64,000 nt of DNA. It comes from Candidatus Poseidoniaceae archaeon (GTDB taxonomy: Archaea > Thermoplasmatota > Poseidoniia > Poseidoniales > Poseidoniaceae). Shown piece by piece: positions 17,186 to 27,144 of the stretch. Where the stretch lies: positions 9,712-73,711 of the forward strand of contig JBMYVD010000002.1 of assembly GCA_049606035.1 (NCBI GenBank). The letters run 5' to 3'. The notes beneath the pieces were generated by a model. The model did no database searches. It saw nothing but the letters and a program-made list of their open reading frames with translations, and had not been told where the DNA came from. Each line of letters begins with the position of its first letter. The first letter of the stretch is position 1. The position numbers were made by a program, and so were the translations under genes.

Positions 17186-17377
17186 TCAGTCAGTTCTGCG
17201 CTGGCGGTAACGTGTTACATACCCAGCAATCCAATTTCGCAACTTCTTCGATTCCACATCTGTAAGTTGCTCGACCATCTTCTTGTTGTGGTCAAAATCA
17301 TCAGTGAACTTTTCTCCATGCTCTTCACATAGAATGATTGCACGTAATTTGATGAACGTTGGTCTAATATTTCCCAT
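17186..17377 (-). CDS. rps17e: 30S ribosomal protein S17e
   Basis: [10 protein letters not shown]...[16 protein letters not shown]...[16 protein letters not shown] at 17377 is preceded by GGAGGAG. The track start at 17383 is a GTG. Confidence 0.85.
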   Translation of the reverse strand: MGNIRPTFIKLRAIILCEEHGEKFTDDFDHNKKMVEQLTDVESKKLRNWIAGYVTRYRQRRTD

Positions 17378-17379
17378 TT

Positions 17380-17655
17380 TCACTCCTCCATTAATTTGAC
17401 TTCGATAGGGATGTCTGGCTCATCGTGCCTTGTAACCTGCAGACGGATTTTACGAGGTGGGTTTTCGATTCCTCTTGCCCAAATTGCTTCATTGACTGAT
17501 GGATCTATCCAAACCTCTTCGTCTTCACGTACTTTGAGGTGTCTTACGACCTCGTTTTTGATAATTTGAATTGCTCTTGGAGCTCTCTTGTAACGAGTAA
17601 TGTTCCAAGCGTTCCTCAATGGTACTACTAATTCACTGACTGCTGCACGTGCCAT
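17380..17655 (-). CDS. rpl31e: 50S ribosomal protein L31e
   Basis: 91 aa. [29 protein letters not shown]...[23 protein letters not shown]. Confidence 0.85.
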   Translation of the reverse strand: MARAAVSELVVPLRNAWNITRYKRAPRAIQIIKNEVVRHLKVREDEEVWIDPSVNEAIWARGIENPPRKIRLQVTRHDEPDIPIEVKLMEE

Positions 17656-17660
17656 TCATA

Positions 17661-17816
17661 TCACCTCTGTAGTTTAGAGCGTCTCCAGTTGTGACGCTTT
17701 GGGTGAGAGACAGTGTTTCGCGATGTTTTGAGCATAACCCAAACTGGAACTCTTCGGTTCTGTTTGCCTGCTTTTAGTAGGCGGATTTTCTTTGCTGCTG
17801 GCTTGTTGCGTGACAT
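17661..17816 (-). CDS. rpl39e: 50S ribosomal protein L39e (51 aa, absent from the ORF track)
   Basis: Hand translation: [51 protein letters not shown]. It sits between the PDCD5-like gene and rpl31e, as in other Euryarchaeota. Confidence 0.85.
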   Translation of the reverse strand: MSRNKPAAKKIRLLKAGKQNRRVPVWVMLKTSRNTVSHPKRHNWRRSKLQR

Positions 17817-17825
17817 GTTTTCACC

Positions 17826-18194
17826 TCAAATTCTTCTGATGCTTGTCTCTCTTCGTCCTTCTGAAAGGCCGCCAAGGATTCGCTTGAGTTGTTGGTCGTT
17901 GACTGGAGTTGCAATTTTCTTTTCACTCGACAAGGTGGACAAATGTGTTTTGACTCGAGTAGTCAATTCAGGGTTAACTAAATTCAAACTCGCTAATCTC
18001 GACCTTGCTTCGGGAGTAAGGATCGTCTTCATTGCTGCATCTAATTGTGCTAATGCAGCCTGTTGTGATTCTTTTTGAATTTCAGCGTCTGCTTGGGCTG
18101 CAGCCTGCTCCTCTAACTGCGATTGAATTTGGGCCATGCGTTGAGCACGCAGTTGGGCCAATTCATCATCAGCAGGTAGAGTCATAGTTGCCAC
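17826..18194 (-). CDS. PDCD5/TFAR19-family double-stranded DNA-binding protein
   Basis: 122 aa. A Q/A-rich helix followed by ILTPEARSRLASLNLVNPELTTRV and a C-terminal RRETSIRRI. Confidence 0.75.
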   Translation of the reverse strand: MATMTLPADDELAQLRAQRMAQIQSQLEEQAAAQADAEIQKESQQAALAQLDAAMKTILTPEARSRLASLNLVNPELTTRVKTHLSTLSSEKKIATPVNDQQLKRILGGLSEGRRETSIRRI

Positions 18195-18209
18195 TTCCCT
18201 TCACTTCCA

Positions 18210-18701
18210 TCAGTATTTAGCTAAACCAGGATAGGATTCTTCGGCTGCAGGACGTACGGAATGTGCGACCTCGTCGAGCAGTTTTTGCCCGGATGCAGTA
18301 AGAACTCTTCCCGAGTAGAGTTTTTGGTCACCGTCGACTGATTGTACTGTCTTGGTTTCCTTCATTGAGATTAGACCAGCATCGCTCAATTGTTGAAGAG
18401 CGGTTCTAATGATGTGGCGGCTTCCCATTGCAGGTGTGTTTGGATTGGAACCGTTGTCCTTCCTACCACCATATGCTTGAGCGAGCGCATTTACACCGAT
18501 TGGACCTTCTCTGCCAACCTTGCGAAGAAGAGCAGCGCACCTTAATTCCCACCAGTTTTCTTGGGTAGGAGGGCGCTCGCGGTGAACACCAGTTTTGACG
18601 TAATCAGCCCACTGCGGGCGAGAAATAGCGTCAATTTCGGAAAGTTTACCAGCAAGAACTGGGTTCAACAAGTCAGCAGGGACATCGTAAAACGTCGTCA
18701 T
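18210..18701 (-). CDS. rps19e: 30S ribosomal protein S19e
   Basis: MTTFYDVPADLL...WADYVKTGVHRERPP.QENWWELRCAALLRKV...GSRHIIRTALQQL. ATG at 18701 within the 18716 ORF. Confidence 0.85.
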   Translation of the reverse strand: MTTFYDVPADLLNPVLAGKLSEIDAISRPQWADYVKTGVHRERPPTQENWWELRCAALLRKVGREGPIGVNALAQAYGGRKDNGSNPNTPAMGSRHIIRTALQQLSDAGLISMKETKTVQSVDGDQKLYSGRVLTASGQKLLDEVAHSVRPAAEESYPGLAKY

Positions 18702-18839
18702 CGTACCACCAAGCAACTTGCCGACCTTACTCCCCTATATCAATGGCACTGTTCTAATTGGGGTTTATAATATCCGAGAAAAGGCAACTGCGAACACGGA
18801 GCAGCAGAGTTCTTGAAGGATAGATAATTGCAACAAATC

Positions 18840-19643
18840 ATGCGTAAAGCACTAGCTCAGAACCCGAACCTATTGCGCACCCTAATCGGTATGGGCCTTA
18901 CTTTGATTTTCTTGCTTGCGTACGCTGTTTACGGTGCGACAATCGAGACTGAAGTTTACATCTATGAGTCCGAATCTATCGAATCTCAAGTGGCCCTAGA
19001 TTCAGAAGACAGATTCTATGATGCAGACGAAAACAGAACAATATGGACTTGGGATGCGGATTTGAACGGAATCAACCTAACGTGGGTTAACCTGTCTGGA
19101 GAGATGTTGAGTATCGGCTCGACAATTTCAATTTCTAACGCAGAAGGACTCTACAGTCATCCTGACCTAGGAAATCCTGATGCAGAAGATTTCTCTTGTT
19201 CGGAATCTTGTAAGAAAGACGAGGACCACACAATCAATATTACATCAGAGAGTACACAAATAATCGCACTGACTGATCCAAACCCTGCGCTGCGAGGAAA
19301 AGGCTCTTTGTTTGCAGATTCAATCGATGAAGCGCTTGAAAAATCCGATGAAATTTTGTCAACAAATTTCACTCAAACATCAGTTCGTATTACTGTGATC
19401 GAGCAAGGAAATAGAGATGTTGCTCCAACTGTAACCTTGACCCAAGTCAACGAAGAGTTAGGAGATGTCGAGCAGTTTGAAATCGACGCAGCGACAGAAT
19501 TCATGTGGGCACTCGCTGCTGTAATTGGCTGCTTTGGAATGATTCTAGTACCATCTTTCACCGTTTACTGGGCTGCACAAGCAAAACAGAAAAAATTGGA
19601 GTTGAAACTCCAGGTTGCTCAAACTTCTCTCGAGGAAGAATAG
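18840..19643 (+). CDS. membrane-anchored hypothetical protein (N- and C-terminal TM helices)
   Basis: ATG at 18840. TM helices LLRTLIGMGLTLIFLLAYAVYGA and FMWALAAVIGCFGMILVPSFTVYWA flank an acidic ectodomain. It lies directly upstream of the 1167-aa surface protein gene. Confidence 0.4.
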   Translation: MRKALAQNPNLLRTLIGMGLTLIFLLAYAVYGATIETEVYIYESESIESQVALDSEDRFYDADENRTIWTWDADLNGINLTWVNLSGEMLSIGSTISISNAEGLYSHPDLGNPDAEDFSCSESCKKDEDHTINITSESTQIIALTDPNPALRGKGSLFADSIDEALEKSDEILSTNFTQTSVRITVIEQGNRDVAPTVTLTQVNEELGDVEQFEIDAATEFMWALAAVIGCFGMILVPSFTVYWAAQAKQKKLELKLQVAQTSLEEE

Positions 19644-19678
19644 CGAAGGAGTCATAATCTTTGGATTGTCGTGCCTAC

Positions 19679-22600
19679 ATGAGGCACATGGTTCGACTAC
19701 TGCCACTGTTTGTATTGACGTTGTTAATACCATCATACGCCCTTGTTGCGGTTGCAGATAGCGGGAGGGCTGTTAACGTAGACCTAGACATTACCGATAT
19801 TTCCATTACATATCCAGATAATGCAAACCGGTCACTCTACCAGATGTTTTCTTCTAACTACCCAATAGCGGGATTCAACAAGCCTGAGATGCTGTATGTC
19901 ACAGACGGTGTTGTTGGTGTCGAATTAAATCTGAATATTGTCATTGAAAACCTAGGTACAGTTCAGTCAGGATATGTAGATGTCGAAGTCATGGTCCTTC
20001 ATAATGAATATACAAGGTTTGAACTTCTTAACACAACAAGAGGAATGAGCCCTATCTCCGGCTCGTCATCTTCGTCTTTAGACATCCTTTGGACCCCATA
20101 TTATTCAGGAAATCATACATTAATTATCGAAGTCACAAATGCACTAGGAGACGATAATCCATCCAACAATCAACAATCCAGGCACTTGACTGTAGCATAC
20201 TATTACGATAATTGTGTTGACATGACCCAGTGGACGTCTACGGGAGATTGGAATGTCAACTCTGATGTATCTATCTCACAATCCAGCTCATTCCACGTAG
20301 GAAATGGTCAGTTTTCATCTTACTCTGCGTTGACCACTTCGACTCTTACAAGCCCTGTATTCAACGTCGCTGATGATGTTTCAGGGCATAATTCTGCAAT
20401 TGGTTACTCATTCTTCTACACTGGTGGTGCCGGTAGTGGTGACGAAATGAAAGGATATGTCAAAGATGAAACCGGGAATTGGGATGAAACATTCACGATG
20501 CAAAACGTGATTGACAATAATTTCCAAGACGGCTTATCTTGGAATACATTTACGGCTTCATACAACGGTAAGTCTTCTCCATTGCTTCCGCTTACAAATT
20601 CACATTTTCACACAACAACTCAGTTGAGATTTACCTTCACCTCTGATGCTGTTGATAGTGACATAGGTTATTGGATAGATGAGTTGGTAATAATTTACGA
20701 CCAAGCTGCAAAGAAGAAGGAGTTTCAAATCGAAACAACTGGTGTATCTACCCTAGGTGGCCTGCCAGGTGATTGGTCAACTACACGATTTGAAATGACA
20801 AATACCGGAAATATATCTGCTCGATATACACCCTCTGCAACAGGGATTCCTTCAAATTGGACTCACTATTTTGCATATCCAACCGGTGCGAGTATAGGGT
20901 CCACAGGAGTGGAACTACTACCTGGAGAATCTAGAGAATTTGACCTAAGAGTTTTGATTGATGAGAATGCGAGTCAGGGGAATATACCAGTTACAGTAAA
21001 CGTAACTTCAAACATTTACTCTGATGTCGAGGATGGTTTAGAGTCAACTATCAAAATATTGCCAGACAGGTTACCAGATGTAATCCGTCCAGACCCTACC
21101 CCTAGATGTGCACCAGGAACTACATGTCAATTCCCTGTATCTGTTGAGAACATTGGAGAAGCCACGGATGTCTTTACACTTGAGATCGAAGATAAAAATG
21201 TACCAACCGGTTGGAATATTGCATTGTCCACAAACCAATCTTCTAGCGTCCTCGTGAGGGTTGATACTCCCGCAAAAGTCTGGTTATCGGCAACTGTTCC
21301 TGCTGATGCCGAGCCCGATGTTAGCGCTGAAGTTTGGTTAACGGCAACAAGCACTAACGACACTCGAAGGTATGACATTGAGACAATTGAAATTGCAGCA
21401 GCGATGACAAGCATCGCTGAAATATCACTAGACGGCAACATGGACTCAGAGATATTCATTGACCCAGGCGCATCGCATGACGTGACTTTCAGGATATGGA
21501 ATAACGCGTCAAGGATTGACATTTTCGAAGTAGGAGTAGTATTTACAGAACTATCTGGTTGGAGTGTTGAACTTCTCGACTCACCTGAACTAGCAATTTC
21601 TTCTGGTTCATCATCGACGTTCTCGGTGAGAGTTACATCACCAACAAATGCTCAGGCAAATGATTTGGGACCCAGATTAACACCTTCTGCAGTATCCTCA
21701 AGGTCGGGTGAATCTATTTCTGGAGAGGATTGGCATGGCACTAGGATTAATGCAGTTCGAGATATATCACTTGAATTAATGGAATACCCCAATACGTTGA
21801 CTCCCGGAATACCGATACATGTTTCCATCGAGGTAACAAATAATGGGAATGGACCGGATACCGCTGTAATTGATTTACCATGGTCTCCGGATACTTGGGA
21901 ATGGTGGGCATTGGTTGAAGGAGTGAACGTTACAGATGGCATAGAGCTCTCTGTATCTTATGATTTGGATAATGTAAAGCAAGTCGATGTTTGGATTTTA
22001 CTACCTCCGTTAGAATCGCCAGGAGAATTCCATGAAATCACTCTCAAGGTATCACCTGAGAATGGGATTGATGTGAATGACGAGGATAATTCGAAAATGT
22101 TTGAATCGGTAACGGACACAATTAGGCAGCCTAAATTGGATGGATACGCAGGAGAAAGCGTGGTTGAAACGAATTCAACATTCTCATTCAATGCAACTGC
22201 ATGGAATATTGGTAATGCTGCAGATAGTACAATTAGAGCCCGCTTGATATTACAAACTTCTCAAAATTCTGAAGATGTAATTGGATTTTTGAGCACAGGT
22301 AATGGATTATCAAAATCAAATGGAGAGTGGATAAGCCTGAACTTAGGACCCACTCAATCCGTTGAGTTGTTTGCAGATGTCATAATATCCGCAGATTGTA
22401 ACTTGAATACGATAATTTCCGCAACTATCGAATTAGAAGGGGGAAGTGATGACCTCGGTAGACCGATTACAAAATCGATTACAGCAGGACTGCTGGTTGG
22501 GGAGAGAAGAAATGTTGAGTTGCAAGAATTTGATCTTATCGAACAGGAAATTGGACCAAATTCGGCTCACGTCGTTTGGGTAAATCTTACTTCGACCTCA

Positions 22601-23182
22601 ACAAAAAGTGAAATTTTTGATGTAAATGCATTTGTTCCAGAAGGATGGGGTATTATTTGTGATGGAAATCCAATCCACACACAAAGTACGAGAATCGAAC
22701 TTGACGCTGGCCACATAATTCAGCAGAGTTATGATATGAGGTGTGAAGTTGTAAGAGAATCCGGAGATTATTCTGGAACGTATACAATGTTCGTCAACGG
22801 TAGTGATTCTAGGATTGATTACAAAATCAGTGATACACTTAGATGGGCAGAACCAACATCAAACGAAAGTAATGCAACGATTATTGTCGCATCAGGTATT
22901 GGGATTTTTGTTATTACAGTCATCGGAATCGTACTATTTTTGCGTAAGGAAATTGGTGATGAAGACTTTGAAGACAAATACGAAGAGGATCAAATCGTGC
23001 CAGCATTAGGACCACCTTCCAGCGCTTTTGGTGGTCCTCCAGCAACAAAAGAACCTGTAGTTGACCCAATGGTTGAGTACCAAAGACAAGTCGAGGAATA
23101 CAATCGAAAGATGGCAGAATACAATGCGTGGCAACAGGCGCAAGGTTCACAGGTTACGCAAGAGTCGAGTAATCATGAGTGA
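19679..23182 (+). CDS. large cell-surface protein with repeated COG1470/CARDB-like beta-sandwich domains, a signal peptide and a C-terminal TM anchor
   Basis: 1167 aa. Signal MRHMVRLLPLFVLTLLIPSYALVA. Repeated segments of the type F.MTNTGN...W......G.S.EF.L.V.. and VENIGEATDVFTLEIEDKNVPTGWNIAL. TM helix IIVASGIGIFVITVIGIVLFL plus a cytoplasmic tail. Confidence 0.6.
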   Translation: MRHMVRLLPLFVLTLLIPSYALVAVADSGRAVNVDLDITDISITYPDNANRSLYQMFSSNYPIAGFNKPEMLYVTDGVVGVELNLNIVIENLGTVQSGYVDVEVMVLHNEYTRFELLNTTRGMSPISGSSSSSLDILWTPYYSGNHTLIIEVTNALGDDNPSNNQQSRHLTVAYYYDNCVDMTQWTSTGDWNVNSDVSISQSSSFHVGNGQFSSYSALTTSTLTSPVFNVADDVSGHNSAIGYSFFYTGGAGSGDEMKGYVKDETGNWDETFTMQNVIDNNFQDGLSWNTFTASYNGKSSPLLPLTNSHFHTTTQLRFTFTSDAVDSDIGYWIDELVIIYDQAAKKKEFQIETTGVSTLGGLPGDWSTTRFEMTNTGNISARYTPSATGIPSNWTHYFAYPTGASIGSTGVELLPGESREFDLRVLIDENASQGNIPVTVNVTSNIYSDVEDGLESTIKILPDRLPDVIRPDPTPRCAPGTTCQFPVSVENIGEATDVFTLEIEDKNVPTGWNIALSTNQSSSVLVRVDTPAKVWLSATVPADAEPDVSAEVWLTATSTNDTRRYDIETIEIAAAMTSIAEISLDGNMDSEIFIDPGASHDVTFRIWNNASRIDIFEVGVVFTELSGWSVELLDSPELAISSGSSSTFSVRVTSPTNAQANDLGPRLTPSAVSSRSGESISGEDWHGTRINAVRDISLELMEYPNTLTPGIPIHVSIEVTNNGNGPDTAVIDLPWSPDTWEWWALVEGVNVTDGIELSVSYDLDNVKQVDVWILLPPLESPGEFHEITLKVSPENGIDVNDEDNSKMFESVTDTIRQPKLDGYAGESVVETNSTFSFNATAWNIGNAADSTIRARLILQTSQNSEDVIGFLSTGNGLSKSNGEWISLNLGPTQSVELFADVIISADCNLNTIISATIELEGGSDDLGRPITKSITAGLLVGERRNVELQEFDLIEQEIGPNSAHVVWVNLTSTSTKSEIFDVNAFVPEGWGIICDGNPIHTQSTRIELDAGHIIQQSYDMRCEVVRESGDYSGTYTMFVNGSDSRIDYKISDTLRWAEPTSNESNATIIVASGIGIFVITVIGIVLFLRKEIGDEDFEDKYEEDQIVPALGPPSSAFGGPPATKEPVVDPMVEYQRQVEEYNRKMAEYNAWQQAQGSQVTQESSNHE

Positions 23183-23354
23183 CGTACCGGGCATATGGTA
23201 TGGACTACTCAGCCTAGTAGCTATATTTGGTGTAGCAACCTGGTTTTTGGATAAATTTTCATCTAAGGATAACCTAAAGAAAATCACAGCAATTTGTGGT
23301 ACGATTTCAATGCTTGCCCTTGTTTATGTCACGTTTACAACCGAGGGACTTTGA
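23175..23354 (+). CDS. 59-aa two-TM mini-protein
   Basis: MSDVPGIWYGLLSLVAIFGVATWFL...ITAICGTISMLALVYVTF. ATG at 23175 overlaps the stop of the surface protein (ATGAGTGA). Its own stop overlaps the next ATG (TGATG). Confidence 0.4.
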   Translation: MSDVPGIWYGLLSLVAIFGVATWFLDKFSSKDNLKKITAICGTISMLALVYVTFTTEGL

Positions 23355-23740
23355 TGATCGAAGGAAGTTGGGACGATTTTATTCCGGTGCGATTGCCGGT
23401 TGAATGGGAGTACAGAGGCGATGCCGGCTTACATCCAGATATTGATGGAGTGACAGGGAAAGAAGTTGTATTACTAATACAGAAAAGGTTCACACGTTTC
23501 GAAAGGGTACTTGCCAAATTGATGAAAGCCCCAAAAGTAGTTCGAAGAACCATGCACCCAACGCAATCCATGTTGTGGGAACTGATGGATGGGGAGAGAA
23601 ATTTCTCAGAAATCTGTAACATAATGAAATCTGTATACCATGAAGAAATCGCACCAGTTGAAGAGAGAATCAAGGCATATCTCGAGGTTTTCGTCAGACT
23701 GAATGTTGCTACCGTTCTCAAACCTAGGGAAGAAGAGTAA
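23354..23740 (+). CDS. PqqD-family (RRE-like) protein
   Basis: 128 aa. The C-terminal half, HPTQSMLWELMDGERNFSEICNIMKSVYHEEIAPVEERIKAYLEVFVRLNV, matches the PqqD pattern (..WEL.DG.r...EI......Y......e.....fl..l). Confidence 0.55.
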   Translation: MIEGSWDDFIPVRLPVEWEYRGDAGLHPDIDGVTGKEVVLLIQKRFTRFERVLAKLMKAPKVVRRTMHPTQSMLWELMDGERNFSEICNIMKSVYHEEIAPVEERIKAYLEVFVRLNVATVLKPREEE

Positions 23741-24044
23741 GTATACTCTCAGGCGGTCTTCCGATAACTGCGATTCCGTTAGAAATCAATATTGGACGCT
23801 GTAAAATTCGTGAGTTGGCTGAAATTAATTCGGCAACGGCTTTGGTATCTCCAAAATCAATGATTGTTTCAGAATCTAAATCTGAAACTCTGATAATTCC
23901 TTCAATAGTTGACAACAACTCAACATCATCAGGGTGTACCCCGCTATCGATATATCGATAATCTTCAAACTCGACACCTCGTTCTAAAAGCAGATTCTTT
24001 ACTTGTCTGGACTTGGAGCATCTAGGATTGTGATAGAGCCTCAT
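23724..24044 (-). CDS. ArsC/Spx-family thioredoxin-fold protein
   Basis: 106 aa. MRLYHNPRCSKSRQVKNLLLERGVEFE..YI, ...LQRPIL. Confidence 0.75.
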   Translation of the reverse strand: MRLYHNPRCSKSRQVKNLLLERGVEFEDYRYIDSGVHPDDVELLSTIEGIIRVSDLDSETIIDFGDTKAVAELISANSRILQRPILISNGIAVIGRPPESILTLLP

Positions 24045-24069
24045 AAATGGCCCTGTAGGTCAAACTAAA

Positions 24070-24753
24070 TCATAATGGTGCCCATACAAGGCGTAAACCT
24101 ATGCCATCGCTTCTTTTGTCTAACTTAGATAAACCGAATGCAGATGATGTGGTCGATTCAGATTCCATCAGCCAAGAACCTCCCTTTGTTATTCTTCGGT
24201 CACCCTTTTCAGAATCAGTCCACTCAGCAACATTTCCGTGGCAGTCAAACAAGCCCCACTGGTTCTCTTTCTTTTGGCCAACTTCCCTTGTTGTTGCACC
24301 GGAATTACCTCCGTGCCAAGCTACTTCATCGAGTTCGTTATCCCTATCGGAGTGATACCAGCGGGTGGTTGAACCTGCCCGACATGCAAATTCCCATTCG
24401 ATCGCAGTCGGTAGCCTCCAAACACCTGATAATCCCAGCCTTTGTTCGGTTTCGATTTCATTCAATTTAGAGATGAACTCCTGACAATCCAACCAACTAA
24501 CGGATTCAACAGGTCTAAGACCTGCTGACCAACCTTCTTTGAATTTAGAGGGGTTTGAACCCATTACTGCTGTCCATTCAACCTGTGTTACTGGACGAGC
24601 GCCAATAAAGAACGGCTCTTCTACAATTAATTCGCCATTTGAGCCTGGTTCAATTAGAACGAATGTTCCGCCATTGTCGTTGTTGAATGACGGTCTCACA
24701 ATTGTTTCCAGCCGTATTGAGGGTAAGAAACCAACGGGAACGCAAACGGACAA
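24070..24753 (-). CDS. formylglycine-generating-enzyme (SUMF1/EgtB/PvdO) family protein
   Basis: 227 aa. PVTQVEW..VMGSNPSKF, PVESVSWLDCQEF, WRLPTAIEWEFACRAG, NQWGLFDCHGNVAEW, KGGSW. The start is a TTG and is uncertain. Confidence 0.8.
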   Translation of the reverse strand: MSVCVPVGFLPSIRLETIVRPSFNNDNGGTFVLIEPGSNGELIVEEPFFIGARPVTQVEWTAVMGSNPSKFKEGWSAGLRPVESVSWLDCQEFISKLNEIETEQRLGLSGVWRLPTAIEWEFACRAGSTTRWYHSDRDNELDEVAWHGGNSGATTREVGQKKENQWGLFDCHGNVAEWTDSEKGDRRITKGGSWLMESESTTSSAFGLSKLDKRSDGIGLRLVWAPL

Positions 24754-27140
24754 TGCTTATCCCTAATGGGATGACCAACAGGTCAGTGACAGCCATGTCA
24801 GAAGGCAATTCAACCAATCCAATCGATGCTGCGGCAGAGATAACAGATGCAATGATGTCTTCATTGGCGGATGTTGTCAAGACTGTTATCTCCAAACCAG
24901 ATGAAGAAAAAATATCTGAAGATTCCAATACAGAAGACACAGTGACAGTTTTGGATGATAATGCGGAAGACAATGAACCTGTTATCGACACTACGGTTGA
25001 TGACATCGTTGCTGAAGGGGAGGCTGCACACCGTTCTGGCGACCATGATTCGGCTTTGAAATCCTTCAACAAAGCGATTGCTTTGGACCCTTCAAATCCA
25101 ATGGCTTGGTTCAACAGAGGAGTTTTACTGGAAGCTGAACAAGACCCAAAAGGTGCCAAACAAGCGTTCGTAATTTGCCTCGACCTCGACCCAAACCATG
25201 GGCCTGCACTGGCCAATTTGGCCGTCCTTCTCGACAGACTTGGAGATGCAGACGGCGCCTTAGAAATAGCGGACAGGGCCTTGAATTATTTCCCCGGGCA
25301 CCCACATCTCGTAAGAATAGTTGAAACTAACCGAGCTGCTGGCGGGGTAATCCACTCTACTCCGACTGTAATGCCACACACACAAGAGAAATTGGTTGAA
25401 CAAACGCTAACTCACGCAGTCGATTCTGGGATTGATGATTTGTTCGAGGAAGAATCACTTTCTGAATCAGCTGATGTGGATAACTCTGAAGAAGATAAAA
25501 CTGAGCATATTCCTGAAATCGTTGCTCAAGAGGAACCAGAAGTGGTGATTGAAGAAACACCAGAGATTGATTTGGATATGCTCTGCAATGAAGCGACTAG
25601 TGTTCTGACATCTGGGGATGCCAAGGGTGCATTGCAAATACTCAAGGAACACTTGCATGGAGATGCAGCACAGCACTTTGATTCGTGGAGAATTTCTGCC
25701 GGCGCAATGGCTGCACTGGGGCTCGATGACCACGCAATATCTGCATATAACCACGCCATTGGCCTCAATCCAAACCATGCAAAATGCTACTTCAATCTTG
25801 GAGCATTACATGAAAGAAAAGGAAATATTGACGCTGCGAAAAAGTGTTTCATTAACGCTGTCGAGAAAGACTCATCCTATTCGAAAGCATCTTTGAGACT
25901 CGCTAGTCTATCTGAGTCAACCGGAGACATTCCAAATTTGCTTGTCGCCCGCAGACAACTAATCGGCGAAGATGGTGGAAAGGAAGCCCTCGCTGTATTG
26001 TTAGTTGAATTAGCAGAAGGAGAGGCCAAGATTTTAGAAAATACTGGTGGATTGCCACCGACGATTCCAGAAGGCCCGGCTCTTGCAACCGAGGCCGTAG
26101 AATTGTGCGAGGTTAATACTCCGATTTATGCACGTGCCCTGTCGGCGTCAAACCAACACACAGAGGCTGTAAAAACTTGGAAAGCGATGATCCAATCTGA
26201 CAAATCAAACCCCGATTTATGGACAGGTTTAGCGAGATCACTTGAAGCAGCAGGAGATATGCAGACAGCACAAAGGTGCCATGAAAAAGCAAACGCCTTG
26301 TCCAATCCCCAACCAGTCGACCCGCTTGATGCACTAATGGACTCAGAGGAACCTCATCCAATTCCAAGTACAGTCGAACCACCATCCGAACATTCGACAA
26401 TTCAACAGCCTGTTCCAACACCAAAACCGCCTCCAATACAGTTGTCAACAGAAGGAGATAACTTAGTCCAACAACCTGTTCCAACACCGACACCACCAAG
26501 CACGGAACCGACTAGCCAGGGAGTAATATCTCAACCAGTACCTACTCCAACTCCACCTCAAATTACGGTAGAGCCCGCTAATGTTCCACTACCAAACCTT
26601 ACCGCAAGACCTGAACCGCAACCAAAACCTGTGGAGGCAAAGCCACAGGTCGACCTTGCTGCTGCAGCATTGGATGCAGCAGCAAGAGTAGCCGTTAACA
26701 CAGGTATTGATTCGAACTCAAATTCAATTGCGAATCAGGATATTGAATGGTACAACAAAGGAGTTGGGTTGATTGAGGATAAGAAATACAGAGAGGCTTT
26801 GTCATGCTTTGACAGAGCATTACCATCATTTGCAGATAATGATGAGATGGTTATCCGAATCCTGAACGGTAGGGGAAATGCACTTTATTACTTGGAAGAC
26901 TATCCGAAATGTGTTGAATCTTACCACAAGGCCATGGTAATTAATCCAAAAGGAGTTCAAGGTAAAACTCTCTACAACATGGGAACCGCGTACGCAGAAA
27001 TGCAGCGTTTCAGTGATGCGATAAAATGCTTCGAGCAGGCAATACCTAGAGGCTTAGACAAGGACCAACAGAAATTGGCTAAGGAACAAATCAGACGTTG
27101 TAACATTTTACAAAAAGAGCAGCAGAGAAAAATGAGCTGA
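24753..27140 (+). CDS. TPR-repeat protein with a Pro-rich repeat linker
   Basis: Several TPR units (e.g. ALKSFNKAIALDPSNPMAWFNRGVLL, YNHAIGLNPNHAKCYFNLGALH, CVESYHKAMVINPKG). Candidate ATG starts at 24753, 24771 and 24795. The 24687 track start overlaps the divergent gene. Confidence 0.7.
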   Translation: MLIPNGMTNRSVTAMSEGNSTNPIDAAAEITDAMMSSLADVVKTVISKPDEEKISEDSNTEDTVTVLDDNAEDNEPVIDTTVDDIVAEGEAAHRSGDHDSALKSFNKAIALDPSNPMAWFNRGVLLEAEQDPKGAKQAFVICLDLDPNHGPALANLAVLLDRLGDADGALEIADRALNYFPGHPHLVRIVETNRAAGGVIHSTPTVMPHTQEKLVEQTLTHAVDSGIDDLFEEESLSESADVDNSEEDKTEHIPEIVAQEEPEVVIEETPEIDLDMLCNEATSVLTSGDAKGALQILKEHLHGDAAQHFDSWRISAGAMAALGLDDHAISAYNHAIGLNPNHAKCYFNLGALHERKGNIDAAKKCFINAVEKDSSYSKASLRLASLSESTGDIPNLLVARRQLIGEDGGKEALAVLLVELAEGEAKILENTGGLPPTIPEGPALATEAVELCEVNTPIYARALSASNQHTEAVKTWKAMIQSDKSNPDLWTGLARSLEAAGDMQTAQRCHEKANALSNPQPVDPLDALMDSEEPHPIPSTVEPPSEHSTIQQPVPTPKPPPIQLSTEGDNLVQQPVPTPTPPSTEPTSQGVISQPVPTPTPPQITVEPANVPLPNLTARPEPQPKPVEAKPQVDLAAAALDAAARVAVNTGIDSNSNSIANQDIEWYNKGVGLIEDKKYREALSCFDRALPSFADNDEMVIRILNGRGNALYYLEDYPKCVESYHKAMVINPKGVQGKTLYNMGTAYAEMQRFSDAIKCFEQAIPRGLDKDQQKLAKEQIRRCNILQKEQQRKMS
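26403..26590 (+). repeat. three imperfect 63-66-nt coding repeats (QQPVPTP[KT]PP units) inside the TPR gene
   Basis: CAACAGCCTGTTCCAACACCAAAACCGCC (26403), CAACAACCTGTTCCAACACCGACACCACC (26469), CAACCAGTACCTACTCCAACTCCACC (26532). Confidence 0.6.
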
Positions 27141-27144
27141 TCTA

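Noticed and set aside
23175-23740. A possible RiPP biosynthetic cluster, with the small peptide plus PqqD-like RRE.
   Set aside because: The 59-aa product is a two-TM membrane protein rather than a leader-core peptide. No radical SAM, YcaO, lanthipeptide or other maturase gene is adjacent.
24650-25216. A 188-aa minus-strand ORF spanning the FGE start and the TPR 5' region.
   Set aside because: It overlaps two well-supported genes and its translation is Ser/Ala-rich with no features.
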